A stretch of 30,620 bases of DNA, from the IMG/VR virus record IMGVR_UViG_3300032050_000049, positions 1 to 30,620 of that record. One strand, 5' to 3'. Shown here piece after piece: positions 5,120 through 14,380 of this stretch (position 1 is its first letter; each line of letters starts with the position of its first letter). Position numbers and translations under genes: made by a program. The notes below the pieces were generated by a model. The model saw only the letters and a program-made list of their open reading frames with translations. It was not told where the DNA came from and searched no databases. This DNA is from a virus (Duplodnaviria; Heunggongvirae; Uroviricota; Caudoviricetes).

Positions 5120-5489
5120 CGTCTTTGTACTTTCTTATATTTTTAATGTCAACTCCTACCTCATTTAATGTATTAAGAATGAAGTTAACGTCATTTACTT
5201 TTATAAATATCTTTTTGTCGGGTATTTCAATAGTTTTCTTATATTTTTTATTTTGACACTGCAATAGTATATCAACTAATCTAGCTCTTTTAACAGGATT
5301 TTTTATTTGATAATCCAACAGTGCTTTTTGTTGGTCTTCATAATTGTCAAAAGGATGATCACCCCATTCTTGTGGATTGCGTGCTCCTCCTTGTGTTGCT
5401 TCTAAAGCACCTGCTATACAGTCTCCCCAAGTGAAACAATATGAACTCCACGTATCACAAACTGACGCAAATGTATTAGTAACTGACAT
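5094..5489 (-). CDS. hypothetical protein
   Basis: ORF track starts at TTG 5492; the ATG at 5489 is the likelier start; overlaps the next gene by 26 nt. Confidence 0.6.
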   Translation of the reverse strand: MSVTNTFASVCDTWSSYCFTWGDCIAGALEATQGGARNPQEWGDHPFDNYEDQQKALLDYQIKNPVKRARLVDILLQCQNKKYKKTIEIPDKKIFIKVNDVNFILNTLNEVGVDIKNIRKYKDDELQNLLG

Positions 5490-5524
5490 CAACTATAAGT
5501 AGTTATTATATTTTCATATTTTAC

Positions 5525-5553
5525 TTGACCGCCACAAATATTTGATATATTAT
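5525..5553 (+). promoter_or_regulatory. sigma70-like promoter of the accessory gene block
   Basis: TTGACC(5525-5530)-17 nt-TATTAT(5548-5553), 10 nt before ATG 5564, at the strand switch. Confidence 0.65.
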
Positions 5554-5563
5554 AGTAGATAAT

Positions 5564-5794
5564 ATGGCACATTTAATTAAACTAAATCAGTTGGATCTCA
5601 ATCACGATAATACACGCACTTATGTTCCTATTCTATTTAATTTGGATAGGGCCATTAGTATGGAACCCAGTGTAAGTGGTAAACACACAGCGATTATTAC
5701 AGCGCATAATGGTGCTGGTATTCGTGTAAAAGAAACATTGGATGAAATTCTGCATCTATCAAAGGGTTGCGTTAAAAACGTTTTAAACGGTTAA
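5564..5794 (+). CDS. hypothetical protein
   Basis: 76 aa ORF directly after the promoter, 3 nt before the next gene. Confidence 0.7.
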   Translation: MAHLIKLNQLDLNHDNTRTYVPILFNLDRAISMEPSVSGKHTAIITAHNGAGIRVKETLDEILHLSKGCVKNVLNG

Positions 5795-5797
5795 TAT

Positions 5798-6502
5798 ATG
5801 ATTAATATAAAGAATATCAATGTTTCTGCTTATAAAGAAGAGTTTGTTAAAAACAGACGAGTTGTAATAGATAACTTTTTGACAGAAGAATATGCTGAAA
5901 AGTTGTATAAGTACTATACAACCGAAATGAACAAAGAATATTGGTCTGCTACATATATGCCGTCACTTAGATATGAAGGTGATTGGGAGTGGTGGCAAAA
6001 TATTCCGGGTAATAGATATGTTATGGAACAAGCTTATCAACACGCTTGTAACGCTAGAGATAACAATTTATTCAGTTATTTTTTCTATAAAACTATGCCA
6101 GGTGTTATGGAAAAGGCTAAATCCGTTGTTTATGAAGAAACAATGGCTTTCTTTAACGGTAAAGAAATGATTGAGTTTATTAATAGTGTAACTGATTTGG
6201 AAATTACGATGGGAGACAAAACCTTTGTGAGTCGTTATGCTGAAAACTGCTTTTTGAGCAATCATACAGATGATGTTAACGGTAAATTGGCATTTGTGTG
6301 TCATTTGACCAAAGATTGGAATCCTGATTTTGGTGGGTTATATTTTGATTTGAGAGACAAAAACAATATCAGAGCGATCAATCCATCTTTTAATAAATTG
6401 GTAATTTTTGAAGTAACAGCTGGAGTAGCACCACATTGTGTAACACAGGTTGTTAATAACTCAAACAAAGAAAGAATAAGCGTATCTGGTTGGTATAATT
6501 AA
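5798..6502 (+). CDS. 2OG-Fe(II) oxygenase (prolyl-hydroxylase-like)
   Basis: HTD..H facial triad (LSNHTDD..APHCV), WNPDFGG, FNKLVIF and RISVSGW motifs. Confidence 0.85.
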   Translation: MINIKNINVSAYKEEFVKNRRVVIDNFLTEEYAEKLYKYYTTEMNKEYWSATYMPSLRYEGDWEWWQNIPGNRYVMEQAYQHACNARDNNLFSYFFYKTMPGVMEKAKSVVYEETMAFFNGKEMIEFINSVTDLEITMGDKTFVSRYAENCFLSNHTDDVNGKLAFVCHLTKDWNPDFGGLYFDLRDKNNIRAINPSFNKLVIFEVTAGVAPHCVTQVVNNSNKERISVSGWYN

Positions 6503-6516
6503 TAAAATAAATTGTT

Positions 6517-7209
6517 ATGTATATTCCTGTAGAACACGAACACATTCCACTTGTAGTAATTGATAATTTTCTTCCCCGAGATTATGTTACTAAATTGTAT
6601 GAAGATTTTGTCAAGTTAAAGCCACATTTTGGTGTACCACATTGGAGTGGTGGTTACAATGATGGTGCTGCTTATAATCCAGATGAACCATTGAGTCCAT
6701 TGTGTACTGGACAAGATGTTTGGCTTCCATTTAACAATGATCAAGCTGAAAAGAACAAAGATTTGGGTTATTATGTATCAAATCTAAGCAAATATATCTT
6801 TCATCAGGGTATATTAGATTTTTTAACCCACGCTAAAAATGAAGAACTCACTGCTTATGCTAAGTACAGATACTTGTATAAGTACCACATCATTAATTAT
6901 GGTGATGGTGGTTATTATAACTGGCACCGAGATTTGTCAGTTAGTGGAATGACTTGGGATGGTGTAGATGTAAACAAACAAAATGCATTTACATTTGCAC
7001 TTACTTTGGTTAAAGATCCAAGTGTGATGAAGGGTGGAGAACAATACTTTATGTATAAAAACCATACATACAGATTGCCACTTACAAGCAATCAGTTAGC
7101 AATCTTTCCATCCACAGTGTTTCACGCTTGTAGTGAAATTACTGCTCCAAAGGATTTGGCTTGGGAAAACAAGAGATTCAACATACAGGCGTGGTTATGT
7201 CACGGTTAA
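6517..7209 (+). CDS. 2OG-Fe(II) oxygenase
   Basis: YYNWHRD..GGE..AIFPSTVFHAC..RF motifs of the double-stranded beta-helix oxygenase fold. Confidence 0.85.
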   Translation: MYIPVEHEHIPLVVIDNFLPRDYVTKLYEDFVKLKPHFGVPHWSGGYNDGAAYNPDEPLSPLCTGQDVWLPFNNDQAEKNKDLGYYVSNLSKYIFHQGILDFLTHAKNEELTAYAKYRYLYKYHIINYGDGGYYNWHRDLSVSGMTWDGVDVNKQNAFTFALTLVKDPSVMKGGEQYFMYKNHTYRLPLTSNQLAIFPSTVFHACSEITAPKDLAWENKRFNIQAWLCHG

Positions 7210-7212
7210 TAT

Positions 7213-7512
7213 ATGGAGTTTATTCACACATATTTGGGTTACAATAATAACCGAGACGAGTATAACTGTGAAATATTAAATAACAAGAAAAACTCGGTGG
7301 GTTTTTGTAAATATTATAAAAATAATAGTTATGATGAAATTGTGTGTATAGAATTCATAAACATACGATATGAACATCGTCGTAGAGGGTATGCTACGGC
7401 GTTGGTTAAAGAACTACAGAGTAGGTATACATTAAAATGGGATTATAGGTTTAGTGAGACTGGTAGAAAATGGTATGATGGATTGAGAAAAAAACAAGTG
7501 ATAACTGATTGA
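7213..7512 (+). CDS. GNAT-family acetyltransferase
   Basis: Acetyl-CoA-binding motif A (INIRYEHRRRGYATALV) and FSETGRKW. Confidence 0.7.
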   Translation: MEFIHTYLGYNNNRDEYNCEILNNKKNSVGFCKYYKNNSYDEIVCIEFINIRYEHRRRGYATALVKELQSRYTLKWDYRFSETGRKWYDGLRKKQVITD

Positions 7513-7554
7513 TTATTATATTTATTTCTATAATAACAATTTAAATTCACTATT

Positions 7555-8043
7555 ATGACCAAAGAAGATCTAAAACAACTAATTCAAGAAGTCTACGAAG
7601 AAGAAATGGCAGAAACCAAGAAAAAAGGTGCTGCTAAGGAAGAACCAAAGAAAGAAGCTCCTAAAGCTCCTAAAGCACCTGTGAAGAAAGCTGCTGAAGC
7701 TCCAAAAGCAGAAGATCCAAGCAAGATTACCAAGTCATTTGTCAAGACAATTGACAAACACGGTGATAAGAACAAATTTGCTGGTGACAAGGGTGATGCT
7801 GAATTATTTGGTAAAATCAAGAAAATTCTTACTCCATATGTTGGCAGAAGATTAGAAGAAGCTGATATTGATAAGATGATGGGAGAAATGGAATGTGATG
7901 AATGTTACGAAGAAGGTGCAAAACCTGATTTCTTAGATTTAGATAAAGATGGTAATAAGAAAGAACCAATGAAGAAAGCAGCAATGGATGCTAAGACCAG
8001 TAAAAAGTTAAAAGAAATTATAGAAAAAGCAAAAAACATTTAA
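7555..8043 (+). CDS. Lys/Glu-rich protein with DxDxDG (EF-hand-like) motif
   Basis: KPDFLDLDKDGNKKEPMKKAA; low-complexity KKAP region. Confidence 0.7.
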   Translation: MTKEDLKQLIQEVYEEEMAETKKKGAAKEEPKKEAPKAPKAPVKKAAEAPKAEDPSKITKSFVKTIDKHGDKNKFAGDKGDAELFGKIKKILTPYVGRRLEEADIDKMMGEMECDECYEEGAKPDFLDLDKDGNKKEPMKKAAMDAKTSKKLKEIIEKAKNI

Positions 8044-8050
8044 ATTATTT

Positions 8051-8077
8051 AACCCGTCGTAAATGACGGGTTTTTTT
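8051..8077 (+). terminator. rho-independent terminator
   Basis: CCCGTC-GTAAAT-GACGGG followed by T7, 8 nt after stop 8043. Confidence 0.9.
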
Positions 8078-8092
8078 GTGTAATAAAATAAT

Positions 8093-8266
8093 ATGAAAAC
8101 TCCGTGTAAAAGAATCTGTGTGGTTGTGGATGCTAAACTATGTGAAGGATGTGGTCGTACTTGGGAAGAGTTGCGAGAGTGGTCATTTTATAGTGATAAA
8201 CAACGTGATGAGATAATGGAACGGTTAAAACACTTTAAAAGTAAGCATAAGAGTAGATTTGATTAA
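8093..8266 (+). CDS. DUF1289-like small Cys-rich protein (not in ORF track)
   Basis: 57 aa MKTPCKRICVVVDAKLCEGCGRTWEELREW..; PC..IC..C.GC.RT..E...W pattern of DUF1289. Confidence 0.75.
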   Translation: MKTPCKRICVVVDAKLCEGCGRTWEELREWSFYSDKQRDEIMERLKHFKSKHKSRFD

Positions 8267-8280
8267 TATTTATAACTACT

Positions 8281-9765
8281 ATGAAGCTATTTAGAGACTT
8301 ACTGTTAGAAAATCCAGATACTGTATATTATAAGAAAAAGACATATAGTTATCGTAGCCCAGCGAACAAATGTGCTTTTCTTGTATATAAAGATGAAAAG
8401 AGTGGTAAAAATGCTATATTTGGATATAGTCTTGTTAAAAAAGAATTTTATTGTGATGACCCCGAAGTTTTAAAGGATGTAGACGAACTATCCAAACAGC
8501 CAAGTCTCAAATTGGATACAAGTATGAATTCTGATAATCAGCTTGATTATTGGGGACAAAGAGCAATAACTAACTTAAAGAACAGTAATAGTGGGGGAGG
8601 TCATTTAGATATAGAAAATCTTTTAAAAGGTATAGGTAGATTTGGTATTTATGCTGATCCACTTTTGAAGGGTAGAATATTTGAGGTAGATGATGCTAAA
8701 GATGTGGTTGATGATTCTCATTTAAAGATTGAAACTACAATACCAAGTGGCAAAGGTATTATTGTAACATTCTGGGATTCTAAAAGAGATAGAATAATTA
8801 AGTATAAAGATCAATATGATAAGGTTATAGAGTTCAATGGATATGACCCCAAAGAATGTTTGTATGAACCAAGTATGAATTTTTATACATATGATAACTT
8901 TTACAACGATGGTCCATCAATATCGGAAAAACCTTCACGAACTACCACTTCAAATACTACTGATACTACTTCTAGGAACTTACAAACTGGAGGTAATCCA
9001 GTCAGTTTCAAAGTGGGTGATAATGTGAAAGTTAGAGGAATGAAGACTTCTGGAGTGGTTGTATCTATTGCCGGAGATAAAATTACTATAAGAATAACGG
9101 ATACAGATGTTGAAGGTGTTAGTGTTGGTTCTGAAAAAACGTTTTCTTCTTGGTTTTTGGAACCTGTTGTCATTAATAATACAGAATTTAAAGTGGGTGA
9201 TAAAGTAAAATACAAAGGTTATGACACATATGGTGAAATAAAATTTATTGATGGAAATACTATTATTGTTAAAATAAATCAGTCTGATATTCCTCTTATG
9301 CCTGTAGGTGTAAGTTTTAGTTTTCCGCCATCTGCTTTGGAACTTGATAAAAGAACTCAAGGTGAGACGATTGAGAAAGTAGTTGATGATAAGACTCAAG
9401 AGTTTGTTGAAAAACGAGGTAAACTACATTCAACGGGTGCTACATTTACTCCAACGGAAAAACAAAATTTAGAAAAAGAAGTAGATAGTTTGGAAATTGA
9501 AATCAAGATACTAAACGATCTATTGAATGCTGGTATAAAAAACTATACAGATAATGTAAAAGATGTGGTTGCTAAATCTATTCAACGCAAACTACACGCC
9601 ATGTCAAAAGAAAAACAAGATAGATATAGTTTGATAGCCCAAGCTGAAAAGCAATATGGTATGCCTATTGCACAAATAAGACAAAAGTATAGAAATGTGC
9701 CATTGGATCAATTGGTTAAGAAAGAATCGTTATATAAGAAACTATTAAAGGCATTAAGAGGATGA
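8281..9765 (+). CDS. hypothetical protein with two KOW/SH3-like repeats and a helical C-terminus
   Basis: FKVGDNVKVRG and FKVGDKVKYKG repeats; TATTTATA motif at 8267-8274. Confidence 0.7.
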   Translation: MKLFRDLLLENPDTVYYKKKTYSYRSPANKCAFLVYKDEKSGKNAIFGYSLVKKEFYCDDPEVLKDVDELSKQPSLKLDTSMNSDNQLDYWGQRAITNLKNSNSGGGHLDIENLLKGIGRFGIYADPLLKGRIFEVDDAKDVVDDSHLKIETTIPSGKGIIVTFWDSKRDRIIKYKDQYDKVIEFNGYDPKECLYEPSMNFYTYDNFYNDGPSISEKPSRTTTSNTTDTTSRNLQTGGNPVSFKVGDNVKVRGMKTSGVVVSIAGDKITIRITDTDVEGVSVGSEKTFSSWFLEPVVINNTEFKVGDKVKYKGYDTYGEIKFIDGNTIIVKINQSDIPLMPVGVSFSFPPSALELDKRTQGETIEKVVDDKTQEFVEKRGKLHSTGATFTPTEKQNLEKEVDSLEIEIKILNDLLNAGIKNYTDNVKDVVAKSIQRKLHAMSKEKQDRYSLIAQAEKQYGMPIAQIRQKYRNVPLDQLVKKESLYKKLLKALRG

Positions 9766-10778
9766 AAACAAAGAAATTACGCATTTTCGATTTGGATGAT
9801 ACACTTTTTGAAACTGAAGCTAAAGTTATTGTTACTTCATCGAATGGTACTAGTAGAGAAATTACCCCAGCTGAATATGCTGTATACGAACCACAACCAG
9901 GCGATAAGTTTGATTTTAGTCAATTTCAAACACTTATCAACCCAACACTAATTCGTTCAATTGGTAAACGATTTTATAAGATAGTTACATCTTCGAATGG
10001 TGATCGTAAGACGGTGATATTGACGGCTAGAGGTTCTGAAGCAGCCCCACACATAAGAGATATAATTAGAAAGTACTTTAGAGTGGATATTGAAGTGATT
10101 ACTCTTGGTACTGGCGATCCTATGGCTAAAGCTAATTGGATATTGAACAAAATACAAAATGAGAGTTACAATGATATATTCTTTGTGGATGATAGCAGCA
10201 AGAATATATTGGCTACCTATAGAACTATTAGTAACTTACCTATTAAGTATAAGTTAGTTGATATTACTACCCCACGTAAATATGAGGGTAACAATCTTCC
10301 AACTACCAATAGTTTAACTGAGATGTTAAAGAATGTGGTTGATAAAGAAAGACTTAAAAAGGCTTATAAGTTTTTTGTTAACAAGTTAAGTTTACCCAGT
10401 GGAAAAATCAAGTTAGAGTTTGGTAGTTTAGAAGATGATGTGCAAGGTAAGGTAAAAGTGGAGGGTGATGGAAAGCCATATAAAGTGAAGAAATATACAA
10501 TTATTATGAGAACAAACAGTCCTCATAGCAGTGATGATCAAATCAAGACATTGGCGCACGAGTGTTGGCACATTAAGCAAGTGGAAGATGGTAAATTAAA
10601 TACATTTGATAATAGTTGGGAAGGTAAAGTATATCCTAGATACAAAGACAATGATCCAAAAGAAAAGACTTTGCCTTGGGAAGTTGATGCTAGAGCAAAT
10701 GCTGAAGAGTTGTATTTGGATTATAACAGATATGCTAGAGAAACAGGCGCTGCTAAAAAGATTATAAAGATTAAATAA
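9762..10778 (+). CDS. HAD-superfamily phosphatase domain fused to a zincin (HExxH) metalloprotease-like domain
   Basis: IFDLDDTLF, ILTARG and FFVDD HAD motifs; LAHECWHIKQ..LPWEVDA zincin motif; ATGA overlap with the upstream gene. Confidence 0.75.
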   Translation: MKTKKLRIFDLDDTLFETEAKVIVTSSNGTSREITPAEYAVYEPQPGDKFDFSQFQTLINPTLIRSIGKRFYKIVTSSNGDRKTVILTARGSEAAPHIRDIIRKYFRVDIEVITLGTGDPMAKANWILNKIQNESYNDIFFVDDSSKNILATYRTISNLPIKYKLVDITTPRKYEGNNLPTTNSLTEMLKNVVDKERLKKAYKFFVNKLSLPSGKIKLEFGSLEDDVQGKVKVEGDGKPYKVKKYTIIMRTNSPHSSDDQIKTLAHECWHIKQVEDGKLNTFDNSWEGKVYPRYKDNDPKEKTLPWEVDARANAEELYLDYNRYARETGAAKKIIKIK

Positions 10779-10779
10779 T

Positions 10780-11979
10780 ATGTTAATCGACTCACCACTT
10801 GTTAAAGATGGAGTAATGTCTGGGTCCAGTATATTTACGGGATCGATAAATATAAGACCCAGCGATTTGACTATACAGTCAAATGCTGTATATCTAACTT
10901 TAGATAATAATACAGGTAAAATAGGAAAATCACCTGTTATATCAACAACCACAAGTGGCACATCCGGCACTGCTGGAACTGCGGGTACAGCAGGTACTAG
11001 TGCTACAGCCGGTACAAGCGGTTTGACTGGATATCCAGGTAGTAGTGGTACTAGTGGTGTTGGATCTACATTATATACTGGTAGCACTTATCCTATTACT
11101 GCAAGTTGGGCAATTACAGCTAGTTATGCATTGAATGCGAATGCTGGTGGTACTCAGTTATATACTGCCAGTACATATCCTATCACTGCGAGTTGGGCGG
11201 TAAGTTCTAGTTATGCTTTATATGCACTGAGTGGTGGTACTCAATTATTTACGGGTAGCACTTATCCAATAACTGCAAGTTGGGCTTTATATGCGATAAG
11301 TGGCGGTACAAAGTTATTTACTGGCAGTACTTATCCTATAACTTCCAGTTGGGGTATTACTGCTAGTTATGCTTTGAATAGTGGTACTAGTACCGCTGTA
11401 TTGTTTACTTCTTCATTTTTTAAAGGTGAGGTTTTATCTAAAATAACTTGTTCTGCTTATTATTCGTATTATCATTTAAGTACCCAAAATGATTTAAATA
11501 TAAGACTTACTGGTAGCAAAATTCCCTCTGCTTTTTCTATAAGATTAGTAAATAGTGGCAGTATCAGTCATCGTGTAAGATTATCTCCATATAATACTAT
11601 TGAATGGGCTGGTGTTGCTAGTGGATTTGATAATACTGGGTCCATATTGATGGCGGGTAATCAAGAATTATTTTTCTCATTCATTTTTTATGATAACGCT
11701 GCTATTGGTAGACCTGTAAGTAAATCTATAGCATTTATAACTGATTTAAAAACACCTGGTTTACAAAACAAAACTACAGCTCAGAATTTGTATATATTGG
11801 GTGAAGGTTTATCAGGAATGGTATCTGGTAGCATAAATGATCCAAATACATACATATTTACAGCTGATGGAGGTGGTACTGAACCATCTGCGGCTGGATT
11901 AACCAGCAAAGCTTTTTGGGGGTGGATGCCAGTTTATGTAGAAGGATATGGTAGAAAATTCTTACCTCTATATGAATAA
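10780..11979 (+). CDS. tail-fibre-like structural protein
   Basis: GTS/GTA triplet tract followed by four L(Y/F)T(G/A)STYPIT(A/S)SW repeats. Confidence 0.6.
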   Translation: MLIDSPLVKDGVMSGSSIFTGSINIRPSDLTIQSNAVYLTLDNNTGKIGKSPVISTTTSGTSGTAGTAGTAGTSATAGTSGLTGYPGSSGTSGVGSTLYTGSTYPITASWAITASYALNANAGGTQLYTASTYPITASWAVSSSYALYALSGGTQLFTGSTYPITASWALYAISGGTKLFTGSTYPITSSWGITASYALNSGTSTAVLFTSSFFKGEVLSKITCSAYYSYYHLSTQNDLNIRLTGSKIPSAFSIRLVNSGSISHRVRLSPYNTIEWAGVASGFDNTGSILMAGNQELFFSFIFYDNAAIGRPVSKSIAFITDLKTPGLQNKTTAQNLYILGEGLSGMVSGSINDPNTYIFTADGGGTEPSAAGLTSKAFWGWMPVYVEGYGRKFLPLYE

Positions 11980-12027
11980 ATAAATATTAAGTATATCTTC
12001 TTTCTATTTATAACTATAACATTATCT

Positions 12028-14103
12028 ATGACAAACACACGTGTAGAAAAAGAACAAACAGTAACATTACACAGAACGGTAAAAGGTTTTTATAAAGCCT
12101 CTGTAATGGGCGTTGATGAAAACAATCAGGTCAGCGAACAATTTTCAACAGGTTGGAAACCCAACACAATTTTAAACACTGGTTTGGACAAAATTGCTTA
12201 TATGCCATGGGCACAAGTGTTTCAATTTTGTTTGGTTGGTGATTATCCATATGGTCCAACTGACACATTGACTGCTTCTTTTAGTGAAAAGATGTTGAAA
12301 AGACCAAGAAAAATCAACGCTTTTTATCTAACTGGCGAAAATAACTGTGGTCATAAAGTTTCTGGTAGTCTGGTCAGATTATACAGAACATTCGATTTTT
12401 ACAAAGAATTAGATAATACCACATACACTGAAGTTGGTTTCAAAGAAACACCTGCTGCAACTACATTGTTTAGCAAAATTCGTTTGGATCCACCAATTAC
12501 TTTGCACGCTGGTCAATATCTTCGTGTAAACTACGAATTGCGTGTAAATATGAGTCCATTCAGCAGCAGTGTGGGTGGTAGAATTCCAGCTCAATATCCT
12601 TCTTTTACTGGTTGGACAACTGGTTCACTAGACAGAGAAGCAATTCAAAAGATCGGTTTGTGTGGCATTGATAGTGGTAGTGGTTTGGCAATTCCAATTG
12701 ATGAAGGTGGTTTTTGTAACGAACCATTTGCTCCTGGCCAAATAAGCTTTGGACCTGGCTTTGGTTTCGTAAATAGATATTATAACGGATCTAATGTAAA
12801 CTATGTTCCTACAGGTTCATTTTTCCCAGCTGTAAGTTATGAACCAAATCCATTCAAAGCAGTTGGTCCGCTTCAAGAATTTTTTGCGAATTATCAAAAT
12901 CCATATCAATTTTTGGATTTGGGTATATCTGCTAGTTTGAGTGTTAACAACGGTAGATACAGTGGAAGTTATTGTATTCCAAATATAGCCGCATACAAAC
13001 CAAGAAATTATTTTACCAGTGATTTATTTTATCAACTATCAGAAATATTTTCTAACTTGTATACCAGTTATGGTACAAATTGGGCAGTTGATCCTCCAGG
13101 CGCTGGTGGTAGTGGACAAGGTGATACTACAGAAACTGAAGGAACTTATTACGTTAGTCAACAAAATACTGATAATCCCAACACCGGTCAGTGGGGATTC
13201 AAAACTGGCGTAACAATTGCAGACACAGCTGTATACTATAGTTCAAATAGATTTACAAAATTAGATAATTTGTGGACTCCATATTCTAAATTGGCTACAC
13301 TAACTAGCGTACCTGGTGCAACACCTACGTTAAGTACCAACAACAACAATACCAATTTGTTTAATGATTTCTTTTACGATCCATCTATGCAAAATAGTGG
13401 AAGTTTGAGCTTTCCAAAATTTCCAAGTAGATTGATGGTGCCAGGAGGCAGAGGTACAGGATCCAAATATGAAATAGAAGAAAGTCCCGCTACACAACAA
13501 ACAGTTGATGGTAAAAAGATGATAGCTGGTGATGGTATTATAGACAAGAAAATACCAAATTATTTCGTTTATTGGGATGATTGGAATCCATATCAAACCA
13601 CCGCTTCATTAGCAAATATGCCATTGTGGGTAAGACGCACAGGTTGGACAGGTACACCTTCTCCAACAAGTGGACGTAAAGTTGGTACAAACTATTATGT
13701 ACGTGGAAGCAGTTGTTTTCTATCAACATTTAGTGGATCTGCTACATCTTCGTTTAATGCACGTGATAGATCTAGAAATTCAACCACCAAGATATTTTCA
13801 GTTGAATTGCCAATGTATTTGAATCCATATACTCAAAGTACTTATACAAGAGACAAAGTGGTTATTTTTAGCAATGGTGTTGCTAATAATGAAGATATTC
13901 CAACTTTATATAGACCAGATCCAGCTGTTGCTCCGTTGTGGAGAACAATTGGTGTGGGTCCAACCAGTATTAACTTGACACCTGAGGCGATGAATGATGC
14001 GGCTAAGAACAATGGTTATGTGTATGTATTGCAAAATGGACAAACCAAGAGCAAAGATTATTCATTGAAGATGGTGTTTAGATACACTTGGGGTAGAGGT
14101 TAA
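12028..14103 (+). CDS. putative tail/baseplate structural protein
   Basis: 691 aa; NTILNTGLD and RTFDF..TEVGF..LFSK motifs resemble N-terminal domains of phage tail proteins; TATTTATA at 12005-12012. Confidence 0.5.
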   Translation: MTNTRVEKEQTVTLHRTVKGFYKASVMGVDENNQVSEQFSTGWKPNTILNTGLDKIAYMPWAQVFQFCLVGDYPYGPTDTLTASFSEKMLKRPRKINAFYLTGENNCGHKVSGSLVRLYRTFDFYKELDNTTYTEVGFKETPAATTLFSKIRLDPPITLHAGQYLRVNYELRVNMSPFSSSVGGRIPAQYPSFTGWTTGSLDREAIQKIGLCGIDSGSGLAIPIDEGGFCNEPFAPGQISFGPGFGFVNRYYNGSNVNYVPTGSFFPAVSYEPNPFKAVGPLQEFFANYQNPYQFLDLGISASLSVNNGRYSGSYCIPNIAAYKPRNYFTSDLFYQLSEIFSNLYTSYGTNWAVDPPGAGGSGQGDTTETEGTYYVSQQNTDNPNTGQWGFKTGVTIADTAVYYSSNRFTKLDNLWTPYSKLATLTSVPGATPTLSTNNNNTNLFNDFFYDPSMQNSGSLSFPKFPSRLMVPGGRGTGSKYEIEESPATQQTVDGKKMIAGDGIIDKKIPNYFVYWDDWNPYQTTASLANMPLWVRRTGWTGTPSPTSGRKVGTNYYVRGSSCFLSTFSGSATSSFNARDRSRNSTTKIFSVELPMYLNPYTQSTYTRDKVVIFSNGVANNEDIPTLYRPDPAVAPLWRTIGVGPTSINLTPEAMNDAAKNNGYVYVLQNGQTKSKDYSLKMVFRYTWGRG

Positions 14104-14120
14104 TTATAAAATAACTTGTT

Positions 14121-14342
14121 ATGGCATATATTTTAGTAAATACAGGATCTATTGCTAATAGTGATACTGCTGATACTATCAGAGAAGGTTTTCATAAAGT
14201 AAACAGTAACTTTATTAGTTTAAATACCAGCGGCATCACCAGTTCAATTAACTTGGCTGGTGCTGCTGGAGGTAGCAGTGGATTGTATTTACCAATTGTT
14301 ATAAATGGTACCACGTATAAAATACTATTAAACAATAATTGA
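14121..14342 (+). CDS. miniature protein with a T4 gp9/gp10-like N-terminal motif
   Basis: VNTGSIANSDTADTIREGFHKVNSNF resembles the I.IG..ANDGTGD.LR.AF.K.N.NF baseplate-wedge motif. Confidence 0.55.
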   Translation: MAYILVNTGSIANSDTADTIREGFHKVNSNFISLNTSGITSSINLAGAAGGSSGLYLPIVINGTTYKILLNNN

Positions 14343-14380
14343 ATAGATTATTGGTGGTACTATTTATATGTTAGTAAATT

